Below, piece after piece: positions 1-8,451 of a DNA stretch of 64,000 nt (position 1 is its first letter; the number at the start of each line of letters is the position of its first letter). The position numbers and the translations under genes were made by a program. The notes under the pieces were generated by a model. The model was not told the origin of the DNA, made no database searches, and saw only the letters and a list, made by a program, of their open reading frames with translations. This stretch comes from a virus, in the IMG/VR virus record IMGVR_UViG_3300032236_000718, positions 1 through 64,000 of that record; one strand, 5' to 3'.

Positions 1-3
1 CAT

Positions 4-29
4 AAAAAAGGGGAGCCGAAGCTCCCCTT
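4..29 (-). terminator. Rho-independent terminator of the 36..2297 gene
   Basis: Minus strand reads GGGGAGC-TTCG-GCTCCCC-TTTTTT. Confidence 0.9.
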
Positions 30-35
30 AATATA

Positions 36-2297
36 TTAGAACTTGATAACTAAACCAGCCATTATGCTGGCATTATCATAGTTGTTACCGTGATCATAAC
101 CGGCAGTGATATTGATAGACACTTTATCGGTTAGGTTCTTTCTAGCAACAAGTCTTGCACCGGCAACTGCACCATACTGCTCGGTGTTAGTCACTCTACC
201 CTCCAATGAAATATTTTGGTTGATATCGTAACGTGCACCAGCGTATGGCATTGTGTATGTCTTATTGCTAGGAGCAAGATTGTTTGATAGAAGTGATGAT
301 CCTGACTCGACGATCGAACCGATATCACTATTCACTACTGTAGCGCCAGCAAATGGTCTCCAACCAGCAAATGTCTTAGCAGAGTAGAGTGTTAAGTCTC
401 CATAAGCTACTCTTTGTTCTACATTCTGATTATATGATAGACCAAAAGATGGTATGTTATTCTTTGTAGTAAGATCAGTTATACCATATCCTAAAGAACC
501 TTTAAACCATATAGGATCCATTCTATTAAGTACATATACTGTACCGCCATATGATGTACCGCTGACAGTGGAGCTTTGTAAGTTTTGGCTAGCCATCTGA
601 CCAGCACGACCTGCAATACCAGCAGTGATAGTTCCCTTTGTTGTCTGATATCCAAAGTCTAAGCTGCTGACACCAACATTGGTGCTTAGCGATCCACCTG
701 CAGTAGCCCATGAACCATCTGGTGTTGTCATAGGATCGATGATGTATGGATTAACAATATTATAATCAATAGCAGCTTGTGTACCACCGACATTAACATC
801 TTTCTTTTCATCGACGGAAGTAGATGTGTAAGAATCAAATGATTGGTCAGAAGATACTAATTGGTATACAGTCGAGTCAGTTGATGTTGGAGTTCCGTAT
901 GTTACGCTAATAACATTACCATTAGCATCTACTGTAGTCGTAGTAGGTGTGACTATAGTGGTAGTCGTTAGCGGAGTTGTCACGGTGGTAGTCACTGTAT
1001 ATGGATTGTCAGTGATTGTAGTTATATTCTTATTAACAGACACTGTGTTACCATCTCTTGACTTACTAAATGATATAAGATCAATAGAAGAAGATGGTAA
1101 GTTAGTAGTAGCAGTAGTAGTCACGGCAGTACCGCTAGCTGTACTGGTAGTAGGAACATTTACAGTAGTAGCGATACTCTGTAGAGCAGGTTGAGTCGTT
1201 GATACGACGTCTGTGCTCGTAGTACTCGTAGTAGTTACTGGTGTTCCGTTAACTGTTCTTGTTGTACCATCACTATACGTGTTAACAGTAACTGGTGTAG
1301 TAGTCGTGGTAGTCGTCGTAGGTGTCGTTACTGTAGTAGTTACAGTATAATATGTTGTTACTACTTGGTTGCCATTAGCATCTGTTGATGTGACAGAACT
1401 AGTGTTAGTTACAGTCGTTGATGTAGGAGTTCCAGTAGAACTACTTGTCGTCACCGAAGGAGTTCCTGGTGCCGAGCTTACGATAGTAGGAGCAGGAGGT
1501 GAACCACCACCGTTTGGATTCGATACGCTCATAGTTGAGTTATAACCACCAGGAGTACCTGATGATGTACCACCAGTAGAGCTAGGTCCACCACCGTTTT
1601 GATTAGCTACGAGACCGACAGTGTTTTGTCCTGGTGTACCGTTATTGTCAACGATACAGGCATTGCTTCCACCCCATGCACCTTGACACGCACCTAGTGC
1701 AGGACTTAATGTCCAACCCTGAGCATTTGTTCCATTATAAGGACCAAACTCTGGATTATAGAGTAAGTTAGCGCCACTGTTTAGTGTGAGTGTAGGAGCA
1801 CGATACCAAGGACCGTAGTCGCCTGCCCAGAAACTGCCGTCGACACCGTACATAGATACTTTAGCATATGCTACGTTAGCGCACGAGCCGCCGCAGTTTG
1901 TAGATGATATGCTTAGTGTAGTCCATGGAACAGCTGGATCAGCTTGTGGATTACCACTTAGTGTTAAACCTTGGCTATTCACGTTACCACTCTGTGTAGG
2001 TTGTGGTAGATTGTTTGAATAGCTGGTGTTTACTGTGCTTACCAGCGTATTGGAAGAATCATAGAATTGAATTTTTACGTTGGCGGTATCGCTTTGGCCG
2101 ACACGGCCACCGCCGTTGTGAGCTAATACACTAAAATTGAAAGTTCCACCAGCCTGCATTGTGCTGTCAAACACTACTGTCTGGCTGATTGTTGTTTGTA
2201 TATATGCTGTCGCGACGCTGTTATAAACGGCTGACTGCGCAAAGGCTGTTGTCATCATGGCAAATAATGCCATGATTGGTAATAATATTCTCTTCAT
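36..2297 (-). CDS. Autotransporter-like/outer-membrane beta-barrel surface protein with a Thr/Ser-rich stalk
   Basis: Sec signal (MKRILL..AFA), low-complexity T/S/P middle, C-terminal alternating beta-strand pattern ending in aromatic F (AGLVIKF). Confidence 0.7.
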   Translation of the reverse strand: MKRILLPIMALFAMMTTAFAQSAVYNSVATAYIQTTISQTVVFDSTMQAGGTFNFSVLAHNGGGRVGQSDTANVKIQFYDSSNTLVSTVNTSYSNNLPQPTQSGNVNSQGLTLSGNPQADPAVPWTTLSISSTNCGGSCANVAYAKVSMYGVDGSFWAGDYGPWYRAPTLTLNSGANLLYNPEFGPYNGTNAQGWTLSPALGACQGAWGGSNACIVDNNGTPGQNTVGLVANQNGGGPSSTGGTSSGTPGGYNSTMSVSNPNGGGSPPAPTIVSSAPGTPSVTTSSSTGTPTSTTVTNTSSVTSTDANGNQVVTTYYTVTTTVTTPTTTTTTTTPVTVNTYSDGTTRTVNGTPVTTTSTTSTDVVSTTQPALQSIATTVNVPTTSTASGTAVTTTATTNLPSSSIDLISFSKSRDGNTVSVNKNITTITDNPYTVTTTVTTPLTTTTIVTPTTTTVDANGNVISVTYGTPTSTDSTVYQLVSSDQSFDSYTSTSVDEKKDVNVGGTQAAIDYNIVNPYIIDPMTTPDGSWATAGGSLSTNVGVSSLDFGYQTTKGTITAGIAGRAGQMASQNLQSSTVSGTSYGGTVYVLNRMDPIWFKGSLGYGITDLTTKNNIPSFGLSYNQNVEQRVAYGDLTLYSAKTFAGWRPFAGATVVNSDIGSIVESGSSLLSNNLAPSNKTYTMPYAGARYDINQNISLEGRVTNTEQYGAVAGARLVARKNLTDKVSINITAGYDHGNNYDNASIMAGLVIKF

Positions 2298-2370
2298 TAT
2301 ATTCTCCTAGTTGAAAGATCATACTTAAATCAATCATTCAATCATTGGATATATAAACATAAATTATTAA

Positions 2371-2445
2371 GCAGGTAGGTCGGCAAGGTGTCGAACCGCT
2401 CTCATAAGGCGCATAAGATTGGTTCGATTCCAATTACCTGCACCA
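2371..2445 (+). tRNA. tRNA-Met(CAT), atypical (G8, mismatched top of anticodon stem)
   Basis: Acceptor GCAGGTA/TACCTGC, loop CTCATAA, T arm ATTGG-TTCGATT-CCAAT, ACCA end. Confidence 0.8.
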
Positions 2446-3006
2446 TTATAGCCAAGGTATAGTAAAGAAGTACCATATACCATTGGATAATAGAAGTGCT
2501 CCTAGCACGCCAAACATGATCGATGCAAATAGCATCTCCATGCTGACTGCTAGTATAGCTGTTGAGCTTAGCACTATAGCTATTTGAAGGAAAGCAGAAG
2601 CGAAGCTAAAGTAAGGTCCTCTGAGTTTGGCCTCGTCTCTCTCAGCCTCGAGAGCTTTACCTTTTTGATAGAGTTCTTTCTTTCCTTCATTAGTTGAAGG
2701 ATCAGACTCATAGCGATCAATTTTTGACTTTAGCTCTGCTGCTTTTGACATATTACCTATAGCAACTGCATCATTAAATGCTAGCTCAGCGATACCTTGC
2801 TTGATAGCTTTAGCCTGATAAAAAGACCAAGTGTCATTTGCCTTTAATGTATTTGTTAGAACCTTGCCACTATATGATGCAGAGACAAGAGTGCATATTG
2901 CTAATAGCGCAGCATAGATGGAGATCGTGATAGCACCACGGCCTTTCATTACAGCTTCACCCTCAGAGCGCGAGAGAATCTTACCAGTTTTATCTTTTAA
3001 TACCAT
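2446..3006 (-). CDS. Membrane protein, DUF4337-like
   Basis: ANDTWSFYQAKAIK motif with TM-coiled coil-2TM layout, recalled as DUF4337. Confidence 0.7.
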   Translation of the reverse strand: MVLKDKTGKILSRSEGEAVMKGRGAITISIYAALLAICTLVSASYSGKVLTNTLKANDTWSFYQAKAIKQGIAELAFNDAVAIGNMSKAAELKSKIDRYESDPSTNEGKKELYQKGKALEAERDEAKLRGPYFSFASAFLQIAIVLSSTAILAVSMEMLFASIMFGVLGALLLSNGIWYFFTIPWL

Positions 3007-3007
3007 A

Positions 3008-3283
3008 TCATTTCCCCGTAAATTGTTTAACTATTCCGCCTATAGAACTAATTTGACTCATACTAACTGACCCACTAGAAAATCCGCTCGCTAACATCAT
3101 AGCTAGTCCACCTATTATTATAGCACCCATTATTAATATGATAATAGAAGCTATACCGAGATTGTCTTCTAACTCAGTCACTTTAGCTCTTAATAAATCT
3201 ATTCTTACATCGCTGTCTATCTTATTCCAAGATGCCAGCCAAGGATGACTCTGAATATCTTCTGATGATACTGGCTCAGCCAT
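3008..3283 (-). CDS. Hypothetical membrane protein
   Basis: Single TM, tightly packed in a minus-strand operon. Confidence 0.7.
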   Translation of the reverse strand: MAEPVSSEDIQSHPWLASWNKIDSDVRIDLLRAKVTELEDNLGIASIIILIMGAIIIGGLAMMLASGFSSGSVSMSQISSIGGIVKQFTGK

Positions 3284-3780
3284 TAGTGACTACACAAGGC
3301 TTTAAGAAGAGGAACAAATCCCTTCATGTTATAGCAAGCCATTACATCGGACATTCCCCAGATAAGAAGACCAATCCATGCTATGAACGGTAAGAATACA
3401 AATAAGAATACGCAGAGCCAGACGAGTTCCATCATCTCCTCGTGCTTGATCTCGGCTTCTCTAGCGAGTCTCTTAGCTTCCTTGGCTGCCTCTGTCTTTG
3501 CCTTATAGAAAGCTTCTCTCTGTGCTGGAGACATCTTGGCGAGCATGTCACGCTCTTGCTCCGCAGCAATCTCGCGCATAGCCTGTTCACGTAACAGATT
3601 ATTGTTACGTACTACCTGATTGTTGATCTCGGTGATTTTGTTTTGGTTGATGATGCGCTGGTTATTGGCAGCCTTGATATTCTTGGCATTACGCACGTCA
3701 TCGACTATACCAAAGACTTGGTCACTCAGTCCCTTTCCAAGTGAACTACCTAGCTTTGCTGCGGACTTTGGGTCTAGCAT
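3283..3780 (-). CDS. Hypothetical coiled-coil membrane protein
   Basis: AGGAG RBS, C-terminal TM, downstream of a late promoter. Confidence 0.75.
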   Translation of the reverse strand: MLDPKSAAKLGSSLGKGLSDQVFGIVDDVRNAKNIKAANNQRIINQNKITEINNQVVRNNNLLREQAMREIAAEQERDMLAKMSPAQREAFYKAKTEAAKEAKRLAREAEIKHEEMMELVWLCVFLFVFLPFIAWIGLLIWGMSDVMACYNMKGFVPLLKALCSH

Positions 3781-3849
3781 TTAGTCATCTCCTAGCGATT
3801 TTTATTAAAAAATGTAACAAAAATTCACGTAAAATAACTAAAATTCATA

Positions 3850-3878
3850 TGTACTATTTATAGGTTATGGTGTATTAT
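3850..3878 (+). promoter_or_regulatory. Early promoter TGTACT-N17-TATTAT
   Basis: Matches the recurring early motif; overlaps the opposite-strand late promoter. Confidence 0.6.
3855..3862 (-). promoter_or_regulatory. T4-type late promoter TATAAATA
   Basis: Exact consensus upstream of the 3780 operon. Confidence 0.75.
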
Positions 3879-3894
3879 AGGAAGATAATGGAGG

Positions 3895-4323
3895 ATGATT
3901 ATGACAAATGGATTTACCTGTAGTACATTTGACCTGCTTCATGCTGGTCATATTCTTATGCTAGAAGAAGCAAAACAACATTGTGACAAACTTATTGTAG
4001 GATTACAGACAGACCCCACAATAGATCGACCAGACACAAAGAATAAGCCCGTACAATCTATAGTAGAGAGGCAGATACAGCTAGAAGCTGTAGAATACGT
4101 AGACTATATTTTTATTTACGAGACAGAAAAGGATCTTATGGATCTACTAACGGTTCTAGATATTGATATCAGATTTGTCGGTGAAGAGTATAAGGACAAA
4201 GATTTTACAGGAAAACAGTACTGTATTGACAACGGGATAGAGATATTCTATAATTCCCGTAAACATAGGTTCTCTACAACCGAGTTAAGGAAGAGAGCTG
4301 GACTTCCCAAGACGGATATATAA
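3895..4323 (+). CDS. Cytidylyltransferase-family enzyme (TagD/RfaE domain II-like)
   Basis: TFDLLHAGH (HxGH), LIVGLQTD and RKHRFSTT motifs. Confidence 0.85.
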   Translation: MIMTNGFTCSTFDLLHAGHILMLEEAKQHCDKLIVGLQTDPTIDRPDTKNKPVQSIVERQIQLEAVEYVDYIFIYETEKDLMDLLTVLDIDIRFVGEEYKDKDFTGKQYCIDNGIEIFYNSRKHRFSTTELRKRAGLPKTDI

Positions 4324-4358
4324 TAGACCTGTCCAATTCGGGATAGGCTAAAAACCGG

Positions 4359-4432
4359 AGCGCGGTAGTGAAACAGTATCACAGTGGAGTCATAATCCCC
4401 AATTCTAGGTGCAACTCCTAGCTGCGCAACCA
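4359..4432 (+). tRNA. tRNA-Met(CAT), initiator-like
   Basis: 1:72 mismatch (A:A), loop GTCATAA, T arm CTAGG-TGCAACT-CCTAG, ACCA end. Confidence 0.75.
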
Positions 4433-4447
4433 ACAGAAGGACAAAAC

Positions 4448-4882
4448 ATGAAGAAACCGCATTTAGTCCTAGCTATAGGACTACTTACGTTGTTTTCATT
4501 GAATTCGACTGGATATGCTCAAGACAAGTCGAGCATAATTGAATTAGTCAGTAAGAAAGCAACAGAACATAACGTACCTGTAGCGTTAGCGCAGGCCGTT
4601 ATTAGCCTGGAGTCAAACTACAGTACACACGTCACGGGAGTTCGGGGGGAATATGGCCTCGGACAGATTAGATGCTCAACAGCCAAGATGCTAGGCATGG
4701 TCGGAAAGTGTGATAAGCTTAATGATCCTGAGACTAATCTGGAATACTCCATGAGTTATCTCAAAGAGGGCTTAGATATCTCTAACGGCGATATAAGACA
4801 AGCCGTTAATTACTATGCGAGTGGCATACCAGGAATATCTAAGAATACCAGATACTACAAGGAGATAATGAAAAGATTATAA
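4448..4882 (+). CDS. Lytic transglycosylase (SLT domain) with signal peptide
   Basis: AVISLESNY catalytic Glu, GLGQI, DPETN motifs; AGGA RBS before ATG 4448. Confidence 0.85.
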   Translation: MKKPHLVLAIGLLTLFSLNSTGYAQDKSSIIELVSKKATEHNVPVALAQAVISLESNYSTHVTGVRGEYGLGQIRCSTAKMLGMVGKCDKLNDPETNLEYSMSYLKEGLDISNGDIRQAVNYYASGIPGISKNTRYYKEIMKRL

Positions 4883-4972
4883 GGAGTGCATGTCTAGCCG
4901 GGGATGCTAGCACCGCCTTGAAAGCGGTAGGAGCCGAAAGGCCAGGGGTTCGATTCCGCCATCACTCCGCCA
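4883..4972 (+). tRNA. tRNA-Ser(TGA), non-canonical acceptor/T branch
   Basis: Anticodon arm ACCGC-CTTGAAA-GCGGT, variable arm GCC-GAAA-GGC, G73-CCA; 8 nt between T stem and discriminator. Confidence 0.8.
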
Positions 4973-5009
4973 GTTAGCGCTGGTCCCGTCGCTTAAAACG
5001 GGACACCAA

Positions 5010-5756
5010 TTACTTTGATGGATCTATGTGTTCGATCTTCTCAGCGTATAAGCCAATGCTATGATCATCTAGACCATCTAAGAGACGACCTTGCTTCCAA
5101 GATCTCCAGTGTGCTCTACACTTATCCTTAAATCTCTGCCATTTTGTCAGCTCTCGTATATTACCATAGAAGTTAATATAGTGTAGCTTTCCGTGATGTT
5201 TGAAACCAAGGAATGGCGGAGGAACAGTAGTGACTATGTCATTGCAGTTTACAAAGCGATGGTGCTCTGTGTGGAAGTCTCTGACATAGTCATGGCTTCC
5301 AACTCTAGGGCTGCCATATGTGAATAGCATAGTTGGATTCATATTGGCATACTCCAACTCTTGAGTTATGTAGGTAGCCATTGCAGCCCCTAGACTATGC
5401 CCACAAAGCCAGATCTTGCGGTTGGGATATCTCTTGACATAAGCAAAGATAGGACCCATGATCTTACGAGCTTCTCTTCTAAAACCGGCATGTACAAATC
5501 CATTGCCGTGCGTTTTTGGAATAGTGTCTAGATCTGCTAGAAGGTCACTGGCTTGGGTTGGTTGTGTCCCTCTGCAAGAGATGATAATATCATCGTCATT
5601 GCTAGCAGCATGACCTTGAGCACCTTGACTATCAAAGAACGTATAGTTCTTTAATCCTATGTTTCTAAATTCCTGCTCACAGTTATCTTTATACGCGACA
5701 TCTGATAGAGTGGCAAATAAATGGGCTTTTTCTAAGAAGCTTAGATCTTGAATCAT
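5010..5756 (-). CDS. Class 3 lipase
   Basis: RGT, VHAGF, GHSLGAA, YGSPRVG, DIVTTVPP and DHS motifs. Confidence 0.9.
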   Translation of the reverse strand: MIQDLSFLEKAHLFATLSDVAYKDNCEQEFRNIGLKNYTFFDSQGAQGHAASNDDDIIISCRGTQPTQASDLLADLDTIPKTHGNGFVHAGFRREARKIMGPIFAYVKRYPNRKIWLCGHSLGAAMATYITQELEYANMNPTMLFTYGSPRVGSHDYVRDFHTEHHRFVNCNDIVTTVPPPFLGFKHHGKLHYINFYGNIRELTKWQRFKDKCRAHWRSWKQGRLLDGLDDHSIGLYAEKIEHIDPSK

Positions 5757-5787
5757 AGTAATACTCCGCATATATAGATAATATGCA

Positions 5788-5795
5788 TATTTATA
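5788..5795 (-). promoter_or_regulatory. Late promoter TATAAATA for the lipase
   Basis: Exact consensus about 30 nt upstream of the start. Confidence 0.75.
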
Positions 5796-5796
5796 A

Positions 5797-5872
5797 GGGT
5801 GGTTAGCTCAGATGGTAGAGCGTCTGTTTTACACGCAGAATGTCGGCGGTTCGATCCCGTCACCACCCACCA
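5797..5872 (+). tRNA. tRNA-Val(TAC)
   Basis: Canonical cloverleaf, loop TTTACAC, CCA. Confidence 0.95.
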
Positions 5873-5873
5873 A

Positions 5874-5948
5874 GGGCTGTTAGTGATAACGGGAGCACAG
5901 TAGCTTTGCAAGCTTCGAGACGGGGTTCGATTCCCCGACAGTCCACCA
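5874..5948 (+). tRNA. tRNA-Ala(TGC)
   Basis: G3:U70 pair, loop TTTGCAA, CCA. Confidence 0.93.
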
Positions 5949-5949
5949 T

Positions 5950-6024
5950 TGGGGGGTCGTCTAACTGGTAGGACACCGGACTTTGACTCCGTCAACCTAG
6001 GTTCGAATCCTAGTCCCCCAGCCA
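5950..6024 (+). tRNA. tRNA-Gln(TTG)
   Basis: U1-A72, loop CTTTGAC, G73-CCA. Confidence 0.93.
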
Positions 6025-6034
6025 AAAATAGTTG

Positions 6035-6063
6035 TGTACATTATCCGAAAACTGGTTTAATAT
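6035..6063 (+). promoter_or_regulatory. Early promoter TGTACA-N17-TAATAT
   Basis: Recurring motif with upstream AAAATAGTTG. Confidence 0.8.
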
Positions 6064-6091
6064 ATCTAAATGGTTAACGAGGGATATAAAT

Positions 6092-6310
6092 ATGAACCAG
6101 AGACCAGGTAAGACACACTCAGCGGTTCTCCGTGATGGAGACCGTATTGCACTACGTGATCTAGTAGATTTCTGTAAGTCCGCTAAAGAGGACTTGGAGA
6201 AGGAAGGCGACCAAGATGCCGCTTTCCGATTTGAGATGTTAGAGGAGTATCTTCGTACTGGTTACCAAGGAGGTAAACTGACATACAAGTCTAACATTCT
6301 CGGGCTCTAA
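6092..6310 (+). CDS. Hypothetical protein
   Basis: GAGGG RBS and ATG downstream of the early promoter. Confidence 0.75.
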   Translation: MNQRPGKTHSAVLRDGDRIALRDLVDFCKSAKEDLEKEGDQDAAFRFEMLEEYLRTGYQGGKLTYKSNILGL

Positions 6311-6312
6311 CT

Positions 6313-6388
6313 GCCCACGTAACCCAACGGCAGAGGTAGGAGACTTAAAATCTCCAAAGTGTCAGTTCGAGTCTGACCGTGGGCACCA
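6313..6388 (+). tRNA. tRNA-Leu(TAA) with short variable loop
   Basis: Acceptor GCCCACG/CGTGGGC, arm GGAGA-CTTAAAA-TCTCC, 5-nt variable region, ACCA. Confidence 0.9.
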
Positions 6389-6412
6389 ATATTATAAACC
6401 AAGGAGTACTAA

Positions 6413-7057
6413 ATGAAGAAGACCCTATTGACTATCGCCGCTCTTGTTGCTGCGACATCTGCATATGCTACTGACCTTCCTAACAAGAAGAAGGCACCAC
6501 TTCCAACCCCAGTTGCCGCTGCTGAAGCTCCAGCTACCGCTGATAGCCTATCTGTTGCATACGGGCAAGATCTAGGTAACAACTTCGGATCTAAGGTCGA
6601 CGATGCCTATCAGATTACCTACAAGCACAATCTTGGCGGTGGTCTAAGTGTCGGCGGTATGGCACAGACAACCCAGGTTCCTGGTTCTCAGCTCAACCAG
6701 AACCTTGAAGCCCAGGTTGGTTATGCTCTTCCAGCATTTGCTGGTGTGGCTGTAAGCGGTAAGGTTGGTGTAGGTGAGAAGCTCACAACAGCCAATTTCC
6801 CTTACTATGCTTTGTATGGCAATGCAGATTATAAACTAACTGACAACATTACATGGAATGCTGTACAGTATCGTTATCGCTCGGCTGTCGACACGGCAGC
6901 CTATGGATATCAGAGTCACCAGCTTGGTACCGGTGTCACTTATGACATCAACTCCAAGTACAGTGTCAATGCCAAGATTGCTCGTAATTATGATACGACA
7001 ACCAGTATGAATGCTACCGGTGACGTATTCATGGTCGGTCTAGCAGTCAAGTTCTAA
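6413..7057 (+). CDS. Outer-membrane beta-barrel protein (Rhizobiales Omp-like)
   Basis: Signal peptide then TDLPNKKKAP, amphipathic strands, terminal VGLAVKF. Confidence 0.8.
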   Translation: MKKTLLTIAALVAATSAYATDLPNKKKAPLPTPVAAAEAPATADSLSVAYGQDLGNNFGSKVDDAYQITYKHNLGGGLSVGGMAQTTQVPGSQLNQNLEAQVGYALPAFAGVAVSGKVGVGEKLTTANFPYYALYGNADYKLTDNITWNAVQYRYRSAVDTAAYGYQSHQLGTGVTYDINSKYSVNAKIARNYDTTTSMNATGDVFMVGLAVKF

Positions 7058-7076
7058 TACTTCTGACATAAAAAAT

Positions 7077-7111
7077 AATAGCGCTGGGATCCGTCCTGGC
7101 GCTATTTTTTT
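7077..7111 (+). terminator. Rho-independent terminator
   Basis: AATAGCGCTGGGA..TCCTGGCGCTATT plus T-run. Confidence 0.85.
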
Positions 7112-7112
7112 A

Positions 7113-7141
7113 TGTACATTAATCTAAATATGGTGTACACT
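7113..7141 (+). promoter_or_regulatory. Early promoter TGTACA-N17-TACACT
   Basis: Recurring motif followed by GAATATA. Confidence 0.8.
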
Positions 7142-7169
7142 GAGAATATAGCCAATGTGGAGATTGATC

Positions 7170-7388
7170 ATGTGGAACGAAGAAGATATGAACCGTTACT
7201 CTGCCCAGCTGGAACTTCAGGAGACACTGGTTCTACGGGCTATCCTGGAAGAGGGTCTTGGAGACGTACGTGACGTAGTTACATTTGTAGCTTCTCATAT
7301 AAATGACTATGACCTAGACTATATCGAATCGGTCTTTAATATGACTACCCAACCAGCCCGTATTCCACTTGACACTTTTGGAGTCTAA
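7170..7388 (+). CDS. Hypothetical protein
   Basis: GGAG RBS, after early promoter. Confidence 0.7.
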   Translation: MWNEEDMNRYSAQLELQETLVLRAILEEGLGDVRDVVTFVASHINDYDLDYIESVFNMTTQPARIPLDTFGV

Positions 7389-7389
7389 T

Positions 7390-7689
7390 ATGCGTAAGCT
7401 AGTTATTACCGCTGTATTATCCCTACTAGTTACCCCTGCAATGGCTGATGGTTATTATCGTCATGACCACTATCACTACAATCGTGGTGGTGGCGGTGGC
7501 GGTGGTGGAAATTGGGTTGCACCTCTAGTAGGTGGTATGATCTTGGGTGGAATCTTAGAGGGAATGAACCAGCCTAGATATGCACAGCCATATCAACAAC
7601 AATTCTTTGATGATCAGCCAATATGCCGCCGCGTCTTTGCTGGTTATGATTATTATGGAAGACCACATTTTCGCGTATTCTGCGATTAG
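7390..7689 (+). CDS. Secreted small Gly/Tyr/His-rich protein
   Basis: Signal peptide ending PAMA, poly-Gly, hydrophobic GGMILGG, C-terminal Cys pair. Confidence 0.7.
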   Translation: MRKLVITAVLSLLVTPAMADGYYRHDHYHYNRGGGGGGGGNWVAPLVGGMILGGILEGMNQPRYAQPYQQQFFDDQPICRRVFAGYDYYGRPHFRVFCD

Positions 7690-7807
7690 TAAGAGATGTA
7701 TAACGTACGTGTTCGTATCTCTTCTCGAGGGAAGAGACAATACATTGTAACACGTAACGAACGAATCGTAATCATAACCAATTCGTTAATGGTAGCTAAT
7801 AGCTACA

Positions 7808-8086
7808 TTACTTCTTCTCAACAGTCTTCTTTGCTTCCTCAAGATATTTCTTGATGGATGTAATACTGTTTTTACAGACACTGTTATTCTTGTTTAACTC
7901 AAACAGTACTTTTGCTACCTGAAGATCGGTAAGTGTTTTAGGATTTGGTAGACTACTAATTGTTGGACAGTTATACATCGAGTCACTAGGAGTTATAACA
8001 ACTTGCTCCTTGGTGGTAAGCATCTGTACATCAGCAGTCTGGCATCCTGAAAGAATTAATGCTATAACAGGGATTAACTTTTTCAT
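7808..8086 (-). CDS. o-spanin (Rz1-like lipoprotein)
   Basis: Lipobox LSGC, Pro/Cys pattern, overlaps the end of an upstream TM-coiled-coil gene. Confidence 0.75.
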   Translation of the reverse strand: MKKLIPVIALILSGCQTADVQMLTTKEQVVITPSDSMYNCPTISSLPNPKTLTDLQVAKVLFELNKNNSVCKNSITSIKKYLEEAKKTVEKK

Positions 8087-8424
8087 TTTGTATTTCCCTT
8101 CATCTGTGATACAGTATTCTTTAAGATTATGGTAGCAGGCTTCTCGAGCAGCTTTGTCTCTGCCGAGTATAAATAATCTTCGAGACTCTTCATCTTAATG
8201 CCGATCTCGTTATTCTGGGCAGTTAAGTCTTTTTCAAAGTCTTTTTGTTTGGAATTTAGCTCGTCCATCTTGGCTTGGAAAGCTTCCTGGTCTTTTAAGA
8301 CTTGCTCTATCTGCTTTTGATTATAAGCCATCAGAGCTTGTTTCTCTATCTGTGACTTCCAATATCCAAATGCACCAGATAATACGACAACAATAAAGAT
8401 GTATAGTTGTAATCTTGCTAACAT
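8083..8424 (-). CDS. i-spanin (Rz-like)
   Basis: N-terminal TM plus coiled coil, GGAGG RBS, late promoter at 8444-8451. Confidence 0.75.
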   Translation of the reverse strand: MLARLQLYIFIVVVLSGAFGYWKSQIEKQALMAYNQKQIEQVLKDQEAFQAKMDELNSKQKDFEKDLTAQNNEIGIKMKSLEDYLYSAETKLLEKPATIILKNTVSQMKGNTK

Positions 8425-8443
8425 AATAAACCTCCATTTTTTG

Positions 8444-8451
8444 TATTTATA
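8444..8451 (-). promoter_or_regulatory. Late promoter TATAAATA for the spanins
   Basis: Exact consensus. Confidence 0.75.

Noticed and set aside
900-1620. Tandem GTA/GTT-like repeats
   Set aside because: They are Thr/Ser codons of the low-complexity stalk, not a DNA repeat element.
5753-6025. Minus-strand 90-aa ORF
   Set aside because: It is the antisense of three tRNA genes.
8168-8175. TATAAATA on the + strand inside the i-spanin gene
   Set aside because: Intragenic and far from the next start; may be chance.
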